Assembly (NCBI GenBank): GCA_026025795.1
Contig: JAPEUG010000072.1
Location: 1 to 56,552, forward strand
Source of the DNA: Thelocarpon superellum
Lineage: Eukaryota
DNA length: 56,552 nt
Direction: 5' to 3'
The first letter of the stretch is position 1. Each line of letters starts with the position of its first letter. Below the pieces are notes generated by a model. The model did not search any database and was not told the origin of the DNA. It saw nothing but the letters and a program-made list of their open reading frames with translations. Made by a program: the position numbers and the translations under genes. Positions 1 through 13,784 of this stretch are shown here, piece after piece.

Positions 1-1712
1 TGAGGATCTCGACGACGAAGAAGAACTCTTGTTCGTGACGTGGGGGATTAGTTTCCGTATGGCAGGCGACGGATGAAACGTCGGGTCGAAGACGAGCAGG
101 TTCACGTGCGGATTATGCTTTCGTTGCTCGATGCCGACTATCGTCAGGGAGTGGCCTGTATGCGCCCACATCAAACGTTTCGTCCGTCAGCATAGTCCAT
201 ATGTAGCACAGAGTGAATGATGATGGTAAGGTAAGATGGCATTGGCCCCGCCATACCTGGATGTTGGAGATAGATGGGTGGAAGGTCCGTCTGATGCACT
301 TTGCCCCCCTCGTCTTCGCTCGTCGCTGGTGAAGGCGTGGAGGATGATGATGATGATGATGATCCTGCCACAAAGTACTCGGTCACTGTCGAAAGAAGCC
401 TCTCGTATGGCTGATCTCCGCTGTTCTCGCCTTTGCTATACGCCCTGGCCTCGCATCTGGTTCCTCGTTCGTCAGGAAAACTCTGTTGTTGCTTCGAGAC
501 CTCTTGCATCTTGGACCGGGCCACTCACGGAATCCTCAAGCTGCTTAACAACGCTTGTGCCTTTCTTCGTGAGCGAGACTTCTGTGACTCTAGGATGTCA
601 AAATGAAGCCACTCACCTCCGATGTCCCAATATACTTCCTTGTCCCTCGAATCCCACCCGTCTCGAGCCTCCCAATGCTATTAAACCCCAGATCCCACGC
701 CTGTTCGATCAGGTTTTGGAGATGCAGAATATTCGGCGTCCCGCCCGGGAAATGATGGTGCCCTGTCCCGCGCGTGCCCTGGATATACGACAACATCATC
801 TGGATGTTGCGATATCCGCAGAACCCCCCCTCACGGCTCATCTTGCCGACGTGTCGAACGCTAGGATGGCTCAGGTAGGCCCATTCGACCGACGGATCTT
901 GCTGGCAGAGTGGCACAAGGACTTTGATCAGATCCGACGTCTCGTTCGAGATCGTCGTCACCCGCACCAGCTTGCCGTCTCCGCCAATCCGATTCAACGT
1001 CGTGATGGCCGCGCCGGCCTCGATCTGCTTCCGAAGCCAACCTGGCATCTGCTTCTCGTACGCATACGGCCCCAGTTCGGCTTTCTGTCGTTCGTCACTA
1101 GTTAGACCTCCTTCGCCCTGAGAAGAACGCACTCACCCCTAGCCGATGCCGCAGTCCTTCCACCGTTCGCTCCGGACTTGGCGAGGGCGGCGAAGAGTTT
1201 CGCCGTCGGAATATCGCCCGCCAGCCTGTACGCTCGGGCGACCGTTGACGCCGCTCGGACTGGCTTGGTGAGCGTGTCCGGCTCGCTCGTTCCGGCGCCG
1301 TTGCAGGAACGGAGGTCTTCCATCGATGGCCCCGACCCGGCTTGAATCGCTTCGACAGCCGCGACCGTTCCTCCTCGATCTTCTCGGCTCCATCCCCTCC
1401 ATCGGCCGTCAATGCCTCCGCCAGGTGCATGTCCGTGTGGGTGTCGAGCTCGTCGACCAGCACCCGCTCCCCGCAATCCTTATCCGGACACTCCACGTAG
1501 TCATAGTCGCCGCCTTCGGGACCATCGTCCGTCGTCGCGGTTGACCCTTGCACGCTATCGACGAACGACTCCACCGTCTTGGAGCCCGCCTCCACCACTT
1601 GGAATGGAGAGACGCCCTCGGAATGCAACGTTTCGACATGAAGCATGAGAATATATGAGTCGTGGTCGGCGAAGTCGCAAAACGGGCATGAAATTGTCTT
1701 GCCTGGCTCCAT
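1..1712 (-). CDS. ZUFSP/Mug105-like peptidase C78 deubiquitinase with N-terminal zinc fingers; 5 exons, 3' end beyond the window
   Basis: Exons approx. 1712-1137, 1084-617, 560-529, 456-257 and <157, joined by GT-AG introns. N-terminal CPFC..H..H and C-x4-C..H..H fingers. Catalytic motifs GGFCGYRNIQM (Cys), QHPGHSLTIVG (His) and LLVFDP (Asp). Confidence 0.85.
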
Positions 1713-2561
1713 GGCGGACTACGAGGTGACAGGACGGCTTTACATGATGCGGGGAGGCAAGAAGATGGGCATGACGGTGGTGGAGATGAGGTCCCGTGAA
1801 CTGCCTCGTCTCTACAGCAGTGCGGCTCGACTCAGTCAAAAATGTCGCGGGAGAGCGGAAAGATGTCCTTCGACCAAAACCCGCCCGTCTCGCCGAGAGG
1901 TGACGCAGTGGTGGAATCAGAGCGGTAACGAGGGAGAGACCCTGCAGCAGGTGGAAGCAGAGAGGCAACGATTGAAGACTGGCCGACCTGACGGATGCGA
2001 TGTCACAAGTACGCGACCGTGATCGAATCGCCAGCCGTGCTGTCGATGAATGTGCATCACAACAGCCTCACAGCCTCAAAGGCCTCCTCGCTCGATACGA
2101 GACGTGAAAGGCGGAGAGCTGCGGGCCGCCCGTTGGCACTAGTAATGTTGGAGTGATCGCCATCCGCACCTCGTCAGGCTGCCAAGGATCATCCCGGCGC
2201 CCGTGAGTTTGGGATGCGTCAACCTTAATACGGGGCCCGCGACTCCGTCAACTTGAGCGTTGTAGTGCCCGTTCACATGCAACCGATAGATGGACAGGGA
2301 AGGGACGAGTGCGAACTACGAGCACCCCACTCTCCGTTGCTCTACTAATGGGACCGCTCTCCGCGAGGAGGCCTTTGGCGTGCTGCTCGACAATGCCATT
2401 GAGTACTACTTCTAGAGACAGGCCACAGCCATTCCTCGTGAAAGATCCATCGCGAGTCTAATCCAAATTCGAGCTACACGACCCGTCCCTTCGCGGCAAT
2501 CATCCAGTCGTTGATCGTCCCTATAACGTCGTACGGTACATGTCCCCCCCAACGCCCAGAC

Positions 2562-4181
2562 TCATGGCTCATGAATCGTCTCCTCGCTGTTCCCATTTTC
2601 TTCGTCCTCGTGCGCTGTCTCGCTTGCTTCTCGTTCGGCTTCTGCCCGCCGCTCGCCGTAAGTCTTGTGATTCTGGAACATGGCCAGCACGCCAAGATCA
2701 TAGCTCATCTTCAACGAGCCAGCCACGACAAAAGAAACCCAAAAGAGATCCGCGCCAGCCAAGGCGCCGGTGATCAGAGGTCCAAAACTCTGGCTGGAAG
2801 TCTTGACCACGTTGAGAATGCCAATAACCGCCGTCCGCTCCGAAGGACGGACGACGGACGAGATGAAGGCGGAACGTGGGGCGGAATCCATCGACTGCGT
2901 ACAAGCTCGGAGGACAAGGAAGGTCATGGCAAGATAGACCGAGTCCGGGATGGGGATCAGCGCCAGCATGACTGCGGATGGCAGATGGGTGAAGACCATG
3001 GTCTGTCCTGAGACTTAGTCGAGAAGAGACGCGCAGGGGCCAGAGTGGCTTACCCGGATCAATCCGATTCTCTTCGAGATGGATGAGGCCACCAAATTCG
3101 ACACCGCCGCGATGATGCTCGCGACGAAAAAGAGCGATCCCAACTTTCCTTCGTCGAGGTCAAACTTGCGGTGGAAGAAGTACGTCACCCAGGAGCTATC
3201 GGCGCGAGTCAACTCGGCGATCTGCATCGCAACGTGGCAAGGACTTCAACTTACGAAGGTACCAGTCCAGTTCCGAGAGAATTCACGGCGAAAAGCACGC
3301 ACAATGTCGTGACGATGACCGCAGACTCTGGATTGATACGCGGAAGCAATGACCAGCCCGACGTGGCCGTGCCCTTTGGAGGGAGCACGTCCCCCAGTAA
3401 CGGCGCCGCTTCCAAAGGCCCATCCGACTGAGTCTCATCCGTCTCCTCTTTCTCGGCCTCACAGCTCTCGCTGAGGAAAAAGGTCAAGGCAAATTTGAGG
3501 AGACCGAAGACGGCGTACGCCAGGAAGATGACCCGGTACGCCGGCACAGCCTCCCACCCATCCCCGGTCCGTAAGTGTTGCACGACCCAGCCCGAGGTGA
3601 TCATGCCACTGGCGTGGCCAACCTTGCCGATCAGATTATGCCAGGCGAAGATGTCGCTCCTCACGGCATACGGCGTGAGCTGTGCCAGCGTAGAGTCCTC
3701 GATGGCACGAAAGGGGCCGATCTCGTTGCCGCTGTGGATACGTCAAGCGGGATTCGTCCGTCCGTCCGCCCAGAACGCACGTGGCGCCGACGGCGGGAAA
3801 GGGCACTCACGAGGGACTGATCACTCCGAAAATGGCAGCGGCCAGTAGGATCCAGTAATTGCCCACGGTCGCAAAGACGACCCCGCTACAACTCACGAGG
3901 AGGGCGCCCAGCGCGAGCACCCGCCTCCGCCCCAACCGGTCCGCGGACAGGGTCAGGACGAAACTGATGAAGATGTCTCCCATCAAGGTCAGGCTCATGA
4001 AGAGGCCGATCCGGGTCTCGGAGACGCCCAAGGCCGACAAGTAGAGGGCCAGGATCAGCGTGGACGCGCCGTAGGCCAGCATCCGCACAAAGCGCTGCAG
4101 CATCAACAACCGCACATCTTTGGGCGCGCGGTAGAGCGTCACCAGCCCGATCTCTTCCAAGAACCGCCGCGCGAGCGCCAT
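2562..4181 (-). CDS. Major facilitator superfamily transporter (4 exons)
   Basis: Multiple hydrophobic helices. MFS motif A 'LSADRLGRRRVL', plus 'GVISPSGNEIGPFRAIE' across intron 1 and 'MDSAPRSAFISSVV'. Three canonical introns. Confidence 0.9.
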
Positions 4182-4547
4182 GGCTATCAACTTCACGGAC
4201 GATGCCCGGTGCCCGCCAGGTATCTAGCATCTTCGAAGGGAAGACGCGCCCGCGGGAGAGGCGCCATATGTACGACGTACTGCACACCCCACCACAGACT
4301 GCTGGATGGGTGGCGCTTGTGGCAAGGTGCGAGCCGCACTTCCGCGTCGTGCTAACTGTCCCGAGGAACGTCTCGGGTTCGCTGCTACATGCAGCACCAT
4401 GGCCGCGCCCACCCATCGCACGCCTAGGCGCGTGACAGGCACAGGGAATCAAGGCACTTGGAATTCTTGGGCAGTGCAGATGCTACTTGATGGAACTCGT
4501 GGACATCATGGCTCGTGCGTCGCGTTGATCGCTTGGCTCGACCAGGT

Positions 4548-6177
4548 CTACGCCCGCACCCTCAAGGACGTCGAGTGCTTAGGTAACTCCTTGGTGTACG
4601 CGATGAATTCCGGGGCCCCCACCATGTACCGTCGCAAGGCTTCCGGCACCTTCAGGCCCTTCACGACCTCAGCATGAGTCGCGCAGGTGAAGGGGGGATC
4701 GACATACCTCATCAGTCTGGTAGTTCTCCATGATGCAGCAGAGGGCTCGGCCTGTGGCACAGAGGGTACAGTTCAAAAGATGGACGTACTTCTTGCGCAC
4801 GTCCGTCTGCGTCTTCTGCCCGCAGCGGATCTCGAGGGCGCGACTCTGATAATCGGTGCAGTTGGAGCAAGAGACGAGTTCCTTGTATTCGCCTTGAAAG
4901 GGAAACCATGCCTCCAGGTCGAGCTTCTTGGCCGCGGCATTGTTCAAGGCGCCCGAAACGATGGCGACGACTTGGTAGGGAAGTCCCAGGGATTGGTAGA
5001 ACGCTTCGGCCACGTGGATCATGTCTTCAAATGCCTCCCACGACTTCTCGGGCGCGGTGAAGAGGAATTGTTCGACCTTTTGAAACTCATGTGTCCGGAA
5101 CAAGCCCCAGGCCTCTTTGCCGTGCGAGCCCGCCTCTTTGCGGAAGCATCCACTGCTGCCCGCAAGTCTGCCGTCGCGAGATGTCAGCGTTGGCCACGGC
5201 GTGCAGCCGGGCTGAGGACACGCACTTGATGGGTAACTCCTTCTCTGTCAACCACTCCTCGGCATGCAGCGCCGACAACGGCTGCTCTGCCGTCGCGATC
5301 AAGTATTTCTCGCTGTGTTCTTCGCCATCATCTACCTTGTAGAGCTCCTCGTCGAATTGCTCCAGCTGCGCTGTCCGGGCCATCCACTTCTTCAACATCA
5401 TCGTTGGCGGCTCCATCTCGATGTAGCCTCGCTCCGCCAAAAAGTCCAAGGCGTACTGTTCCAGGGCCCTCCGAAGTCGGACCCCAGGCCCCGTGCGGAA
5501 GTTGCCCCGGTGTCCCACGACCTTCACTCCTCGGTCAAAGTCGCAGGCGTCAAGACGGGTCATCACCTCATGATGAGAGAGGCACTCGCGCTTTTCCACC
5601 TTCAAGTCCGGGGGGGCCCAGGTGCGAATCACGGCGTTGTTGGCCTATGGCAGTCAGCTTAACCCGAACCCTCGTCGCAGGGCCGTGTCGTACCTCGTCG
5701 TTGCTGACGGGAACCGAGTTGTCCACGTAGTTGCCAATCGTCCCTAGTTTCTTCTGGAGATCCACTTCTTTGGCCGCCGCCGACTCCTCCAACCCCTTCT
5801 TCTCCTTATCCAAGTCCGCTTTTTTCTTGAGCAATTCGCTGGCGTCTTCTTTGGCCTGGCATGAGGATTAGGCATGACACATGCGGCCGCTGTCAGGGGC
5901 CTCACCTTTTTCTTCAGGCCAATCTCCTTCTGGGTGGCATTGATCTTGGTACCGACCTGGGTCGCCGCGTACCGTGCTATGTCGCCGGGCGTCATCAGGA
6001 GGGATGATGACACGGGGCCAGTCAAAGTCACTCCGAACACTCACTCTTGCGGTGGTCCTCATAGAGCGCAATGACCTCATCCACTATGCTCTCCGGCGCA
6101 TGCCGCCGACGCTGCGACTCTCGGATCTTCTTCGGGTCACCTCCCCGCTCGATGATGAAGTCTTGCACGTCCAGCAT
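4548..6177 (-). CDS. SES1: Cytosolic seryl-tRNA synthetase (6 exons)
   Basis: Starts MLDVQDF..GGDPKKIRESQRRR. Contains YLIATAEQP, CFRKEAG, KLDLEAWFP, ELVSCSNCTDYQSR and HLLNCTLCAT. All introns GT-AG. Confidence 0.95.
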
Positions 6178-6708
6178 TGGGCCTGGCTTGTAGGAGGCTT
6201 GTCCGAGATGGATAGAGACCCCTCCGTGCCTGGCCGGCCGCACCAGCGACGGGGCGAGTCCAGCTGGTGGTCAAAGCAGTCGACGAAAATGGAGCGCACC
6301 GATTCCGCCGGGGAGAAACAGTTGCAGGAGATAGAACGTGTGACGCACTCCACGCACTTTGAGCCCGTTGCGTTGGTGGGATGGTGGGGCAGACGATCCC
6401 TTTGGTTAGATCCTTCAGCTACTATGGCGCCCATGACTCCCCGTATTCCGACTGAGTCGAATTATTCCACCACCGGTGCAGAGGCACTTCAGATGCGCGG
6501 AGCCTTGCCTTCATACGGCCATGGAAGCACACTTCCGCTCCTGAGCGTCCCGATGAGTCCTCTGTCTTTGAACACTCGTGTCTGTACCATAGCTAAACTG
6601 ACCTGGTCGCGACCCGAGCGCCACCAGCGTCCTATGCTCTTACCACATACAACGCCTATCCCAACCCGTCTTTTATGGAAGAAAGTGCAGGGCCCATGAG
6701 CCCCGACC

Positions 6709-7540
6709 CTACATGACCTGGCAGCGGTTCCCGCCCGTAGGCTCGCTGGGATTCTGCGCCTTTTCCACCTCGGCGATCATGAGCTCAAAGGCTTTGGACA
6801 CGTTCTCGTTGTATCGCGCGCTCGCCTCGGTCCAGGCGCATTTGCACTCGGACGCCAGCTGCTTGCCCTCCTCGGGCGACACCTGGCGCTGCTCGGGACG
6901 GAGATCGCTCTTGTTGCCCACGATGACGATGGGCACCCATTCCGCGCTCTGCATATGGGGGTAAGCAAGAACACCATTCGTCCCGGTCTCGGTACCGAGG
7001 CGTAGGGTGACATAGGCGACATACCAGGTGATTCAGGATCTTTTCGCGAATGATGCGCACCATCTCAAAGGACTGCTTCGAAGCCACGGAATAAACCAGC
7101 ACATAGCCATGAATGCCGATGAAGTGCTTGGAGTTGAGGATGCTGTACTCATCCTGCAGCGCCGAAGGTCAGCCTAGATCTTTGCGCAGGCCGGTGAGCG
7201 GTGGAGATTTGCATCCGTGCAGACAAGTGCGCACGACAAGATCCAGCTCAACTTCGCCCCCCACCCGAATGAGGGCTCTTACCTGGCCGGCTGTGTCGAT
7301 GATCTCGGTGGCGTAGTCTTGACTCTTGAATTTGATCACGCGGCTGAACGTGTTCTCGATGGTGGGATAGTAGCTCTCGACGAAATGCCCGTCGACGAAC
7401 TGCACCGTCAACGACGACTTGCCTGCACGTAGCGGAAGGAAGTCAGCGACAGAAGGAATCGATCCACTCTGAAGGCGGGTCATACCAACAGAGCGACTGC
7501 CGACAATCGCAATCTTGCGTTGTTTGGGTGGTCCCGGCAT
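6709..7540 (-). CDS. RHB1: Rheb small GTPase (4 exons)
   Basis: RKIAIVGSRSVGKSS, effector region YYPTIENTF, DTAGQDEYS, VGNKSDL, EASA and C-terminal CaaX CQVM. Confidence 0.96.
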
Positions 7541-8309
7541 GTTGAGATCTCACGACAAATTTCTAGCGACGGCGCCGAGCCAACAAATCCCACGCCACGC
7601 GTGAGTGAACAGGACGGGGACGAAACGCGGGGACCAGGGAGAAGTCAATGAGCGACAGGGATTGCACGGGCAAACGAAAGAAAGACTGCGTTCACGTGGG
7701 CGCGGGCAGACAACGTGTGAAGGTGTAAAGCGTCTGGAGCGATTCAATGGAGCCAGAGCGGACGAGGTTGTCAGCGCATGGTGTAACCGCAGCCGTGATA
7801 GACAGGAAAGCTCCCGAGTCTCTTGCCCGTGCGACGCAAATGCGGAATTCGAATAGGCGAGGCGGGTCGATTCAGGTCAAGTCAGGTCGACTCGAGCGAA
7901 GAAGTGCACGAGAGAGATTACGTCGTGCGGGCAATGGGCCCTTGGGCAATGTGGGCAATTAGGCCCGTGGAAGCTCCGGGGCTCCCCCGAACACCGGAGA
8001 CCATACACCAGGCACTGCGTACCAGTGTCGATGGTGGGGCGCCGTACGAGACGAGTATCGTCCTTTGCACCAGTCGAGTCCTCGCACTGCGTGTGGCGCA
8101 CTGGAACGGTCTAGTATCGACCGTCGACAGCCCCGCCCCAGTATGCTAGTGCAACCTTGGAGGAGCAGCTAACGGATAGTCTCCCTCCCGGCACCTGACC
8201 CCCACGGTGACGGGGAGCATCTGCACCTCGGCGTCTGCTACCTACGTACAGGGGATGGGCAGAGGAAAGGCTGACGGACTACTGTAGGTACCCACCTGCA
8301 TCAATGCGC

Positions 8310-8386
8310 ACGTTGCCTTGGCCGTCACCGGGACGTTGCCTTGGCCGTCACCGGGACGTTGCCTTGGCCGTCACCGGGACGTTGCC
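8310..8386. repeat. Perfect tandem minisatellite, 23-nt unit (cgttgccttggccgtcaccggga) x ~3.3
   Basis: Read directly. Lies between the Wapl 3' end and the Rheb upstream region. Confidence 0.95.
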
Positions 8387-8809
8387 GCTGCTCGAATCCC
8401 ATGTCGTAAGATGGAATGATGGCTGGTAGCGGGTCCCATCCCCGCACGTTCCCACCATAGGCCTCTCAAGCGACGCACCAGAAGGACTACTACGGACAAG
8501 CACCGTGAAGATCGTTACCCACGGGTAAGTGGAAGAGGCCGGGTCCATCGATGAACCTTCTCGTTTGAGGATGCTAAGAAGATCGTACAGAAAAGGAGGA
8601 GGAACAATCATCATCGCTTTCGTCGCTCGTACAGCAGTCGTGATCGGCCCAAGGTCCTGAACCGGTATCCATAGATCCATAGGTCCATCCATACAGCGAA
8701 CGCCAAATTCGTCCGAGATATCCCTCCCTGCTCCTTCCTGCTCCTTCCTGCTCCCCCTCGTCGACAGGGGTGTATACTTTGTAGATGTATCGCCACACCA
8801 GCTGGTCCG

Positions 8810-11800
8810 TCACTTCTGTTTCAACCGATTCACCACATGCTGCAGACGCGCCGTGAAGCCATCGGGCCCCGTCGAGTCGCCTCCGCTCGCGTGCAGCTGT
8901 TCATCGACCTTTTGGTGGTAGTGCAGAAACTCCTCTGCCGCGTCGGAGAGAGGCCGGACGGTCCCGCCGGGGAGCCGGCCCCGCACTTGATCCTTGATCG
9001 TGCCGTCCAGACACAAGTTCGCCAGGAGCACGGCCAGGTAGCCAAAGGCCACGTTTGAATGGCTCGCTTCCATGGAGTCCGCCTGTATCGTGTCCGCGGT
9101 CAGTCACCGTAGAATCACTACGAGCACATCTGAGCACGTACCTGCGTCGCCCGCTCCAGCCCGGCGAGAAAGGGCTGCAGGAGATCGTCGAGGAGGGGTT
9201 CGTGCTCGTCCGGCGCACGCCACATGTACTGTCGTGCCGTCTCGCTCCCTTCTGCGAGGTTGATCATCGTCGCCAAGGCCAAGATCAACTGATCCAGAGA
9301 GGAGAGTCGTTCGGTGTCGTCCAGCGACGCAGCCAGACCCGAAAAGCCCGTCGCCACGCTGTGGACCAGCGCGGCGACCAGGCCCCACGAGGCGAGCGCA
9401 TTGCACGCCGACGCGTTGTTATTCGTCAGATTCAGGATGAGACGAAGGGCCAAGGCGTGCCGTGCCGTGGACGCGCCCTGCTCCTCGCCCGACGCGGAGA
9501 CGAGGATGTTGGAGATGGACGACGTGCCGATGCCGTCACAGATCAAGGCCGTCGTCGTCGAACCCGCCCGCATCGTACACGACTCCAGAATCGAGAGCGC
9601 CAACTCGACCCCAAGTCCCTCACTGGCCGGCGCCTCGGCCTCGTCATCATCTGGCCCGACCGATGACAGAATCAAGACGATGCGGCGCACGGTTTCGTTG
9701 GGGAGGACTTCCTCGCGATCGCTGGCTTCCGGAGACCGTCGGGACAAGATCTCGAGGCATCGCAACGCCATCAGCCGTGGCGTCATCTCCTCGGGCGCCG
9801 GCGAGGTCCAGATCGCCGAGCGACGGATCGTCTCGGCAAAGTCATGAACCACCCCCCGGGATGCTTTCGAGACGTTCGCTCGACGGTCTTTTGCGATCTC
9901 GTCGAGATCCCGCGCGTCGTCCAGGAGGCGCGTGAGCAAGGAAACGATGCCTTCGTCGCGCGCATGTGGCGAGATCGATGGACCCACACGTTCGTGGGTG
10001 AGGACGGCGAAGATGGAGGCCAAGGCAAAGCCGGTGATGCTGTCATGGTCTCGATCGAGTCCTCTAAACAGTCTGTGATCCAGGCTTCGATCCAGAAATT
10101 GACGCGCAAAGCGCTTGTCGACCATCTTGCTTCCCAGCTCGATCATCCCATTCCGACGTCGTGACAAGGCGGAACCATGGCGCGCCTCAATGTCCTCGAA
10201 CAGCGCTTCGGACTCGTCCAAGAATCGTTTATTGCCACCCGCTTGTCGTAGCTCGTGAATGCTCCGGATCCCCCCTTTAGCGCGACCGTCGACGCCGTCC
10301 TCCTCCTCGTCCAAGCCAAAGCTGCGTGCCACAGTCTTGGACGTCACGGCGCGACGACCCTGACTGCCCAGCCCCAGATCTGTATCTAAGGGGGTGTTGA
10401 GCATAGCCGCCTCATCCGTCGCCTTCTCCGTGAGGTAAGTTCGATCACGTGCGTAGGTGATCCGGGGTCCTCCCGGCTGCGAGGCCACCGGACCTTGCGA
10501 CGAGGTCAGTTGTGACCCGCTGATAATACTACTCACGGGGCCTTGCGAGACGCTTTCAGCGGTCGGCGGTGGCGACCGTTGCACGTCTGTGTGCTGTGAT
10601 GCATCCGGTCGATCCTCATCCACGTCGCTGGTCCCTTCTCTCGCCGCCACCTTCGTGTCGCCCTGAGCATGGTCACCTTCCTCCAATGCGTCGATCAGTC
10701 GCTTCCGTGGCGCTCTGTCCGCTCGTACGACCGATCGTCTTGGCGGATGACGGTCGACGTGTGATCGAGACGATCTTGAGACGTCAGGCGATTCTCGTGA
10801 TGGACCACTATCCCTGGAGATTTGGAGGATATGGACATTCAAGTCACTGGGACTCTCTGGTGGCGCATTGCCGTCGAGTAACTCGTTCCATAGATTCATC
10901 TGCCGAGGCGTCGTTCGATTCTTCAAGGGGGTGTGCGCCTCCGACGAGGTCGCCGTGCTGCTGACATGGGAGGCGGACCAAGGTGGGGTTCGTGGCTCAT
11001 TCACGGGGGATCGGCCGGCGTTCACCGCCAGAGTGGCCGTGATTGGCGACCGGTCAAGGATGCTGGGCGGATTGACCTGTGACGGGGAGATGGGTGCTCT
11101 CGAGGCGATGGGCGATGTAGTTGCCTTCAACCTTCCAGAGGACTTGCTCAGCTTCGTCTTGATGGGGCTCGTGGTTGAAGCGACACCCGCCGTGGCGGGT
11201 GCTCGGGACGCTGGTCCTCGCACAATCTTGATCTGGTCTGGTTGCCTTGCCACCGGGTCAATACGCGCGCTTCGACCATTCCCGTGACTCCCCATCTCAT
11301 GCATCGTCTTAGGGGCCTTCCTTGGCCTTTCCGGAGAGCCTTTTTCTCGGAAGGCGGACCCGAGCCTCGATGATCCTATCGACCTCTTCTCTAGTGCAGA
11401 CTGCAGCGCAAAATGACGTTCGCGGGGTAGATCGCCATGGGCAGCGAGGCGGTCATCGGCTGGCGCCGCTGTCGCTGCCGCTGTCGCTGCCTTCCTCTTC
11501 CTCGCTGGGCTCTTCTTGGGACTTGACCACTGTGCGCGGTCTGCGTCACCTGGCGGTGACCGCACGGCGGTCCGCGCCACTGTGCTCGGCCCGGGAGCCG
11601 CTCGGCCGGGGCCGCGTCGATGGTGTGGCGGCCGTGAAGGCGCCGGTCCTCTTGCTTGTGGCTCGTCTTCGGAAGAGGGGACGTCGAAAACGTGCGCGTC
11701 AAGTGTGTCATCTTCATGTGCCCGGAAAGTAGTGTTTGGTTTCGATGCTACTCCTCGGGGAGCGGGCTCAACTCGACTTGCCGCTTCCTTCGGACGAGCT

Positions 11801-12063
11801 AGCTTCGAGGAGTTTGGGGAGAGAACTGGTGGCAGGTCTTGGCGGTCGCCCTCCAGGCCATGCGCCACATCCTTCGGTTTGGTCTTGCTGGACGGCGCCT
11901 TCACCTGCTTCTCGGTCACGGGGTCCGCCAGCCAGGCTGCCTTTCGTACAAATGGGGCGGGCGCAGCGCGTTCAGGATGATCGAAGCCGTACAATCTTTT
12001 CCGCGACGATTTCCCATAGGTGGCGATCTTCTTTCGTGGTTGGGTTGCTTCGATCGCAGCCAT
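8810..12063 (-). CDS. WPL1: Wapl/Wpl1 cohesin release factor (2 exons)
   Basis: Long disordered N-terminus with 'TYGK' and 'RITYARDRTYL', then 'IRSIHELRQAGGNKRF' and a helical WAPL domain ('LRLILNLTNNN', 'FGYLAVLLANLCL'). One intron near 9083-9141. Confidence 0.85.
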
Positions 12064-12841
12064 GATGTCAGCCACAGAGCCGTATTGCCCGACGGCCTCT
12101 ACCGCGACATGTGGACGGATAAGAAGGACGCGCACGGGGAGAGCGCTTGATGTTCAGGCTTGTCAAGCAAAGTCGAAGCCAGAAGGCGAACGGGAGGAAC
12201 GAAGGCAGGCGATTCAATCGGCCAAGGGGCCATCGAAGGGCAAAGGACTGAAGCTATGCTTGCTCGAACAGGACATGATGAAAGAATGGTGGATCAGACT
12301 GCGACCGATCATGATTGCCGCTCGCTTCTCGGATCCGTTGTTGTTAGTCCGGGAACTTCCGCCGTTGCTCTGTTTGTATTTCCACCAGCGGGCAACCAGT
12401 CCCTGTAGGAGTGCGAGTGCGAGTACGAGCACGCTGTAAGCCCGAGTAACATTACAGTACGAAGTACTCGTACCGTAACTGCGCGTGTCGGATAAACGAG
12501 CGGCCAGCGGAGACGAACTGAATTGAGAGCGAAGGAGCCTGGGCGATTGCCCGCCCGCCGCAAGCTTCCGTCTGAGCTTCTAGACGCTCGTTTGCGGTCG
12601 TGCAACTTGACATGCGAGATACCTCAGTGGCCGCCCGCCCCTCCTTCTCTTTCGCCAGACCGAAAGCATCTTCTTGATCCGACACCGGAGTAGTTGTGAT
12701 AAAGATCTTGACTGGTGGGCGAATTTGAAGCAGTCCTCTCCATGCCATTGAAGCCCAACGATTGGTGACCTCGCACACATTGACAGAGCCTCTGAAAGGT
12801 CACGCGCCCATCCTTCTCCCTCTCCGCCTGCCTTGCCCGCG

Positions 12842-13784
12842 ATGGCCTCGACGGACGCTCCACAACCGCCGACGCAGGGTGTAGGTCCGGAATACCGACC
12901 CGACGAGCAGAAGCCCACGGCCACAGTCTCCAATGCTATCTCTTACGAGAATGTCCATATCCTGCCACAAACGCCACAGCTGATTGCCCTGCTCACGTAT
13001 GTCGAGGCCCTCTTAAATGCACACCGTGCCCTCTATCCTGTCGTATCGGCCGCCGAGTAACTCACGGCTGACGATAATGCCGCGGGGTGGGCGCTGAAGG
13101 ATGATTCGAGACAATAATACGTCGCGAGCAGATTTTATCTTCTATTCCAATCGCATCATACGCCTCCTGGTGGAGGAGGGCCTAAATCACCTCCCCGTCG
13201 TGGAGCATACCATTACCACCCCCGTAGGCCGCTCCTACTCGGGCGTCAAGTTCCAGGGTCAGATTTGCGGTGTCTCCATCATGCGCGCCGGGGAGGCGAT
13301 GGAGCAAGGCTTGCGAGACTGCTGTCGGTCCGTCCGCATCGGCAAGATCTTGATCCAGCGCGACGAAGAGACGTGCAAGCCCAAGCTCTTCTATGACAAG
13401 CTCCCTACGGACATCGCCGAACGATGGGTCCTCTTGCTGGATCCCATGTTCGCCACGGGTGCGTCGACGCACTACTTGTTCGGCCTTTGGCTGATGAGCA
13501 GTACAGGAGGCTCGGCGACTCTCGCCGTGGACGTCCTGAAATCCCGGGGAGTTCCCGAGGATCATATCCTTTTCCTGAACGTGATTGCTAGCCCTGAAGG
13601 CGTAACCAGTTTCGCTGCGCGCTTCCCAAAGCTTCGGGTCGTCACGGCGTTCGTGGACCAAGGTCTGGACGAGAAGAAGTACGTTCATAACCCATCACCA
13701 CGAACCGGTTGTGGCGCTGATGTAGAGCAAAGGTATATTGTACCGGGACTTGGCGACTTTGGCGACCGATTTTTTACCCTGTAG
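12842..13784 (+). CDS. FUR1: Uracil phosphoribosyltransferase (4 exons)
   Basis: RADFIFYSNRIIRLLVEEGLN, VSIMRAGEAME, RIGKILIQRDEET, PRPP-binding LLLDPMFATGGSA and YIVPGLGDFGDR. Confidence 0.95.

Noticed and set aside
5974..6699. 241-aa plus-strand ORF between SES1 and Rheb
   Set aside because: It has a non-ATG start, overlaps SES1 exon 1 in antisense, and shows no protein-like features.
8310..8386. 23-nt repeats as a CRISPR array
   Set aside because: Head-to-tail repeats with no spacers, in a eukaryotic context with no cas genes.
13459..13731. Insertions in UPRTase suggested by the continuous 227-aa ORF
   Set aside because: They are two stop-free in-frame introns with GT donors, GCTGAT branch points and AG acceptors.
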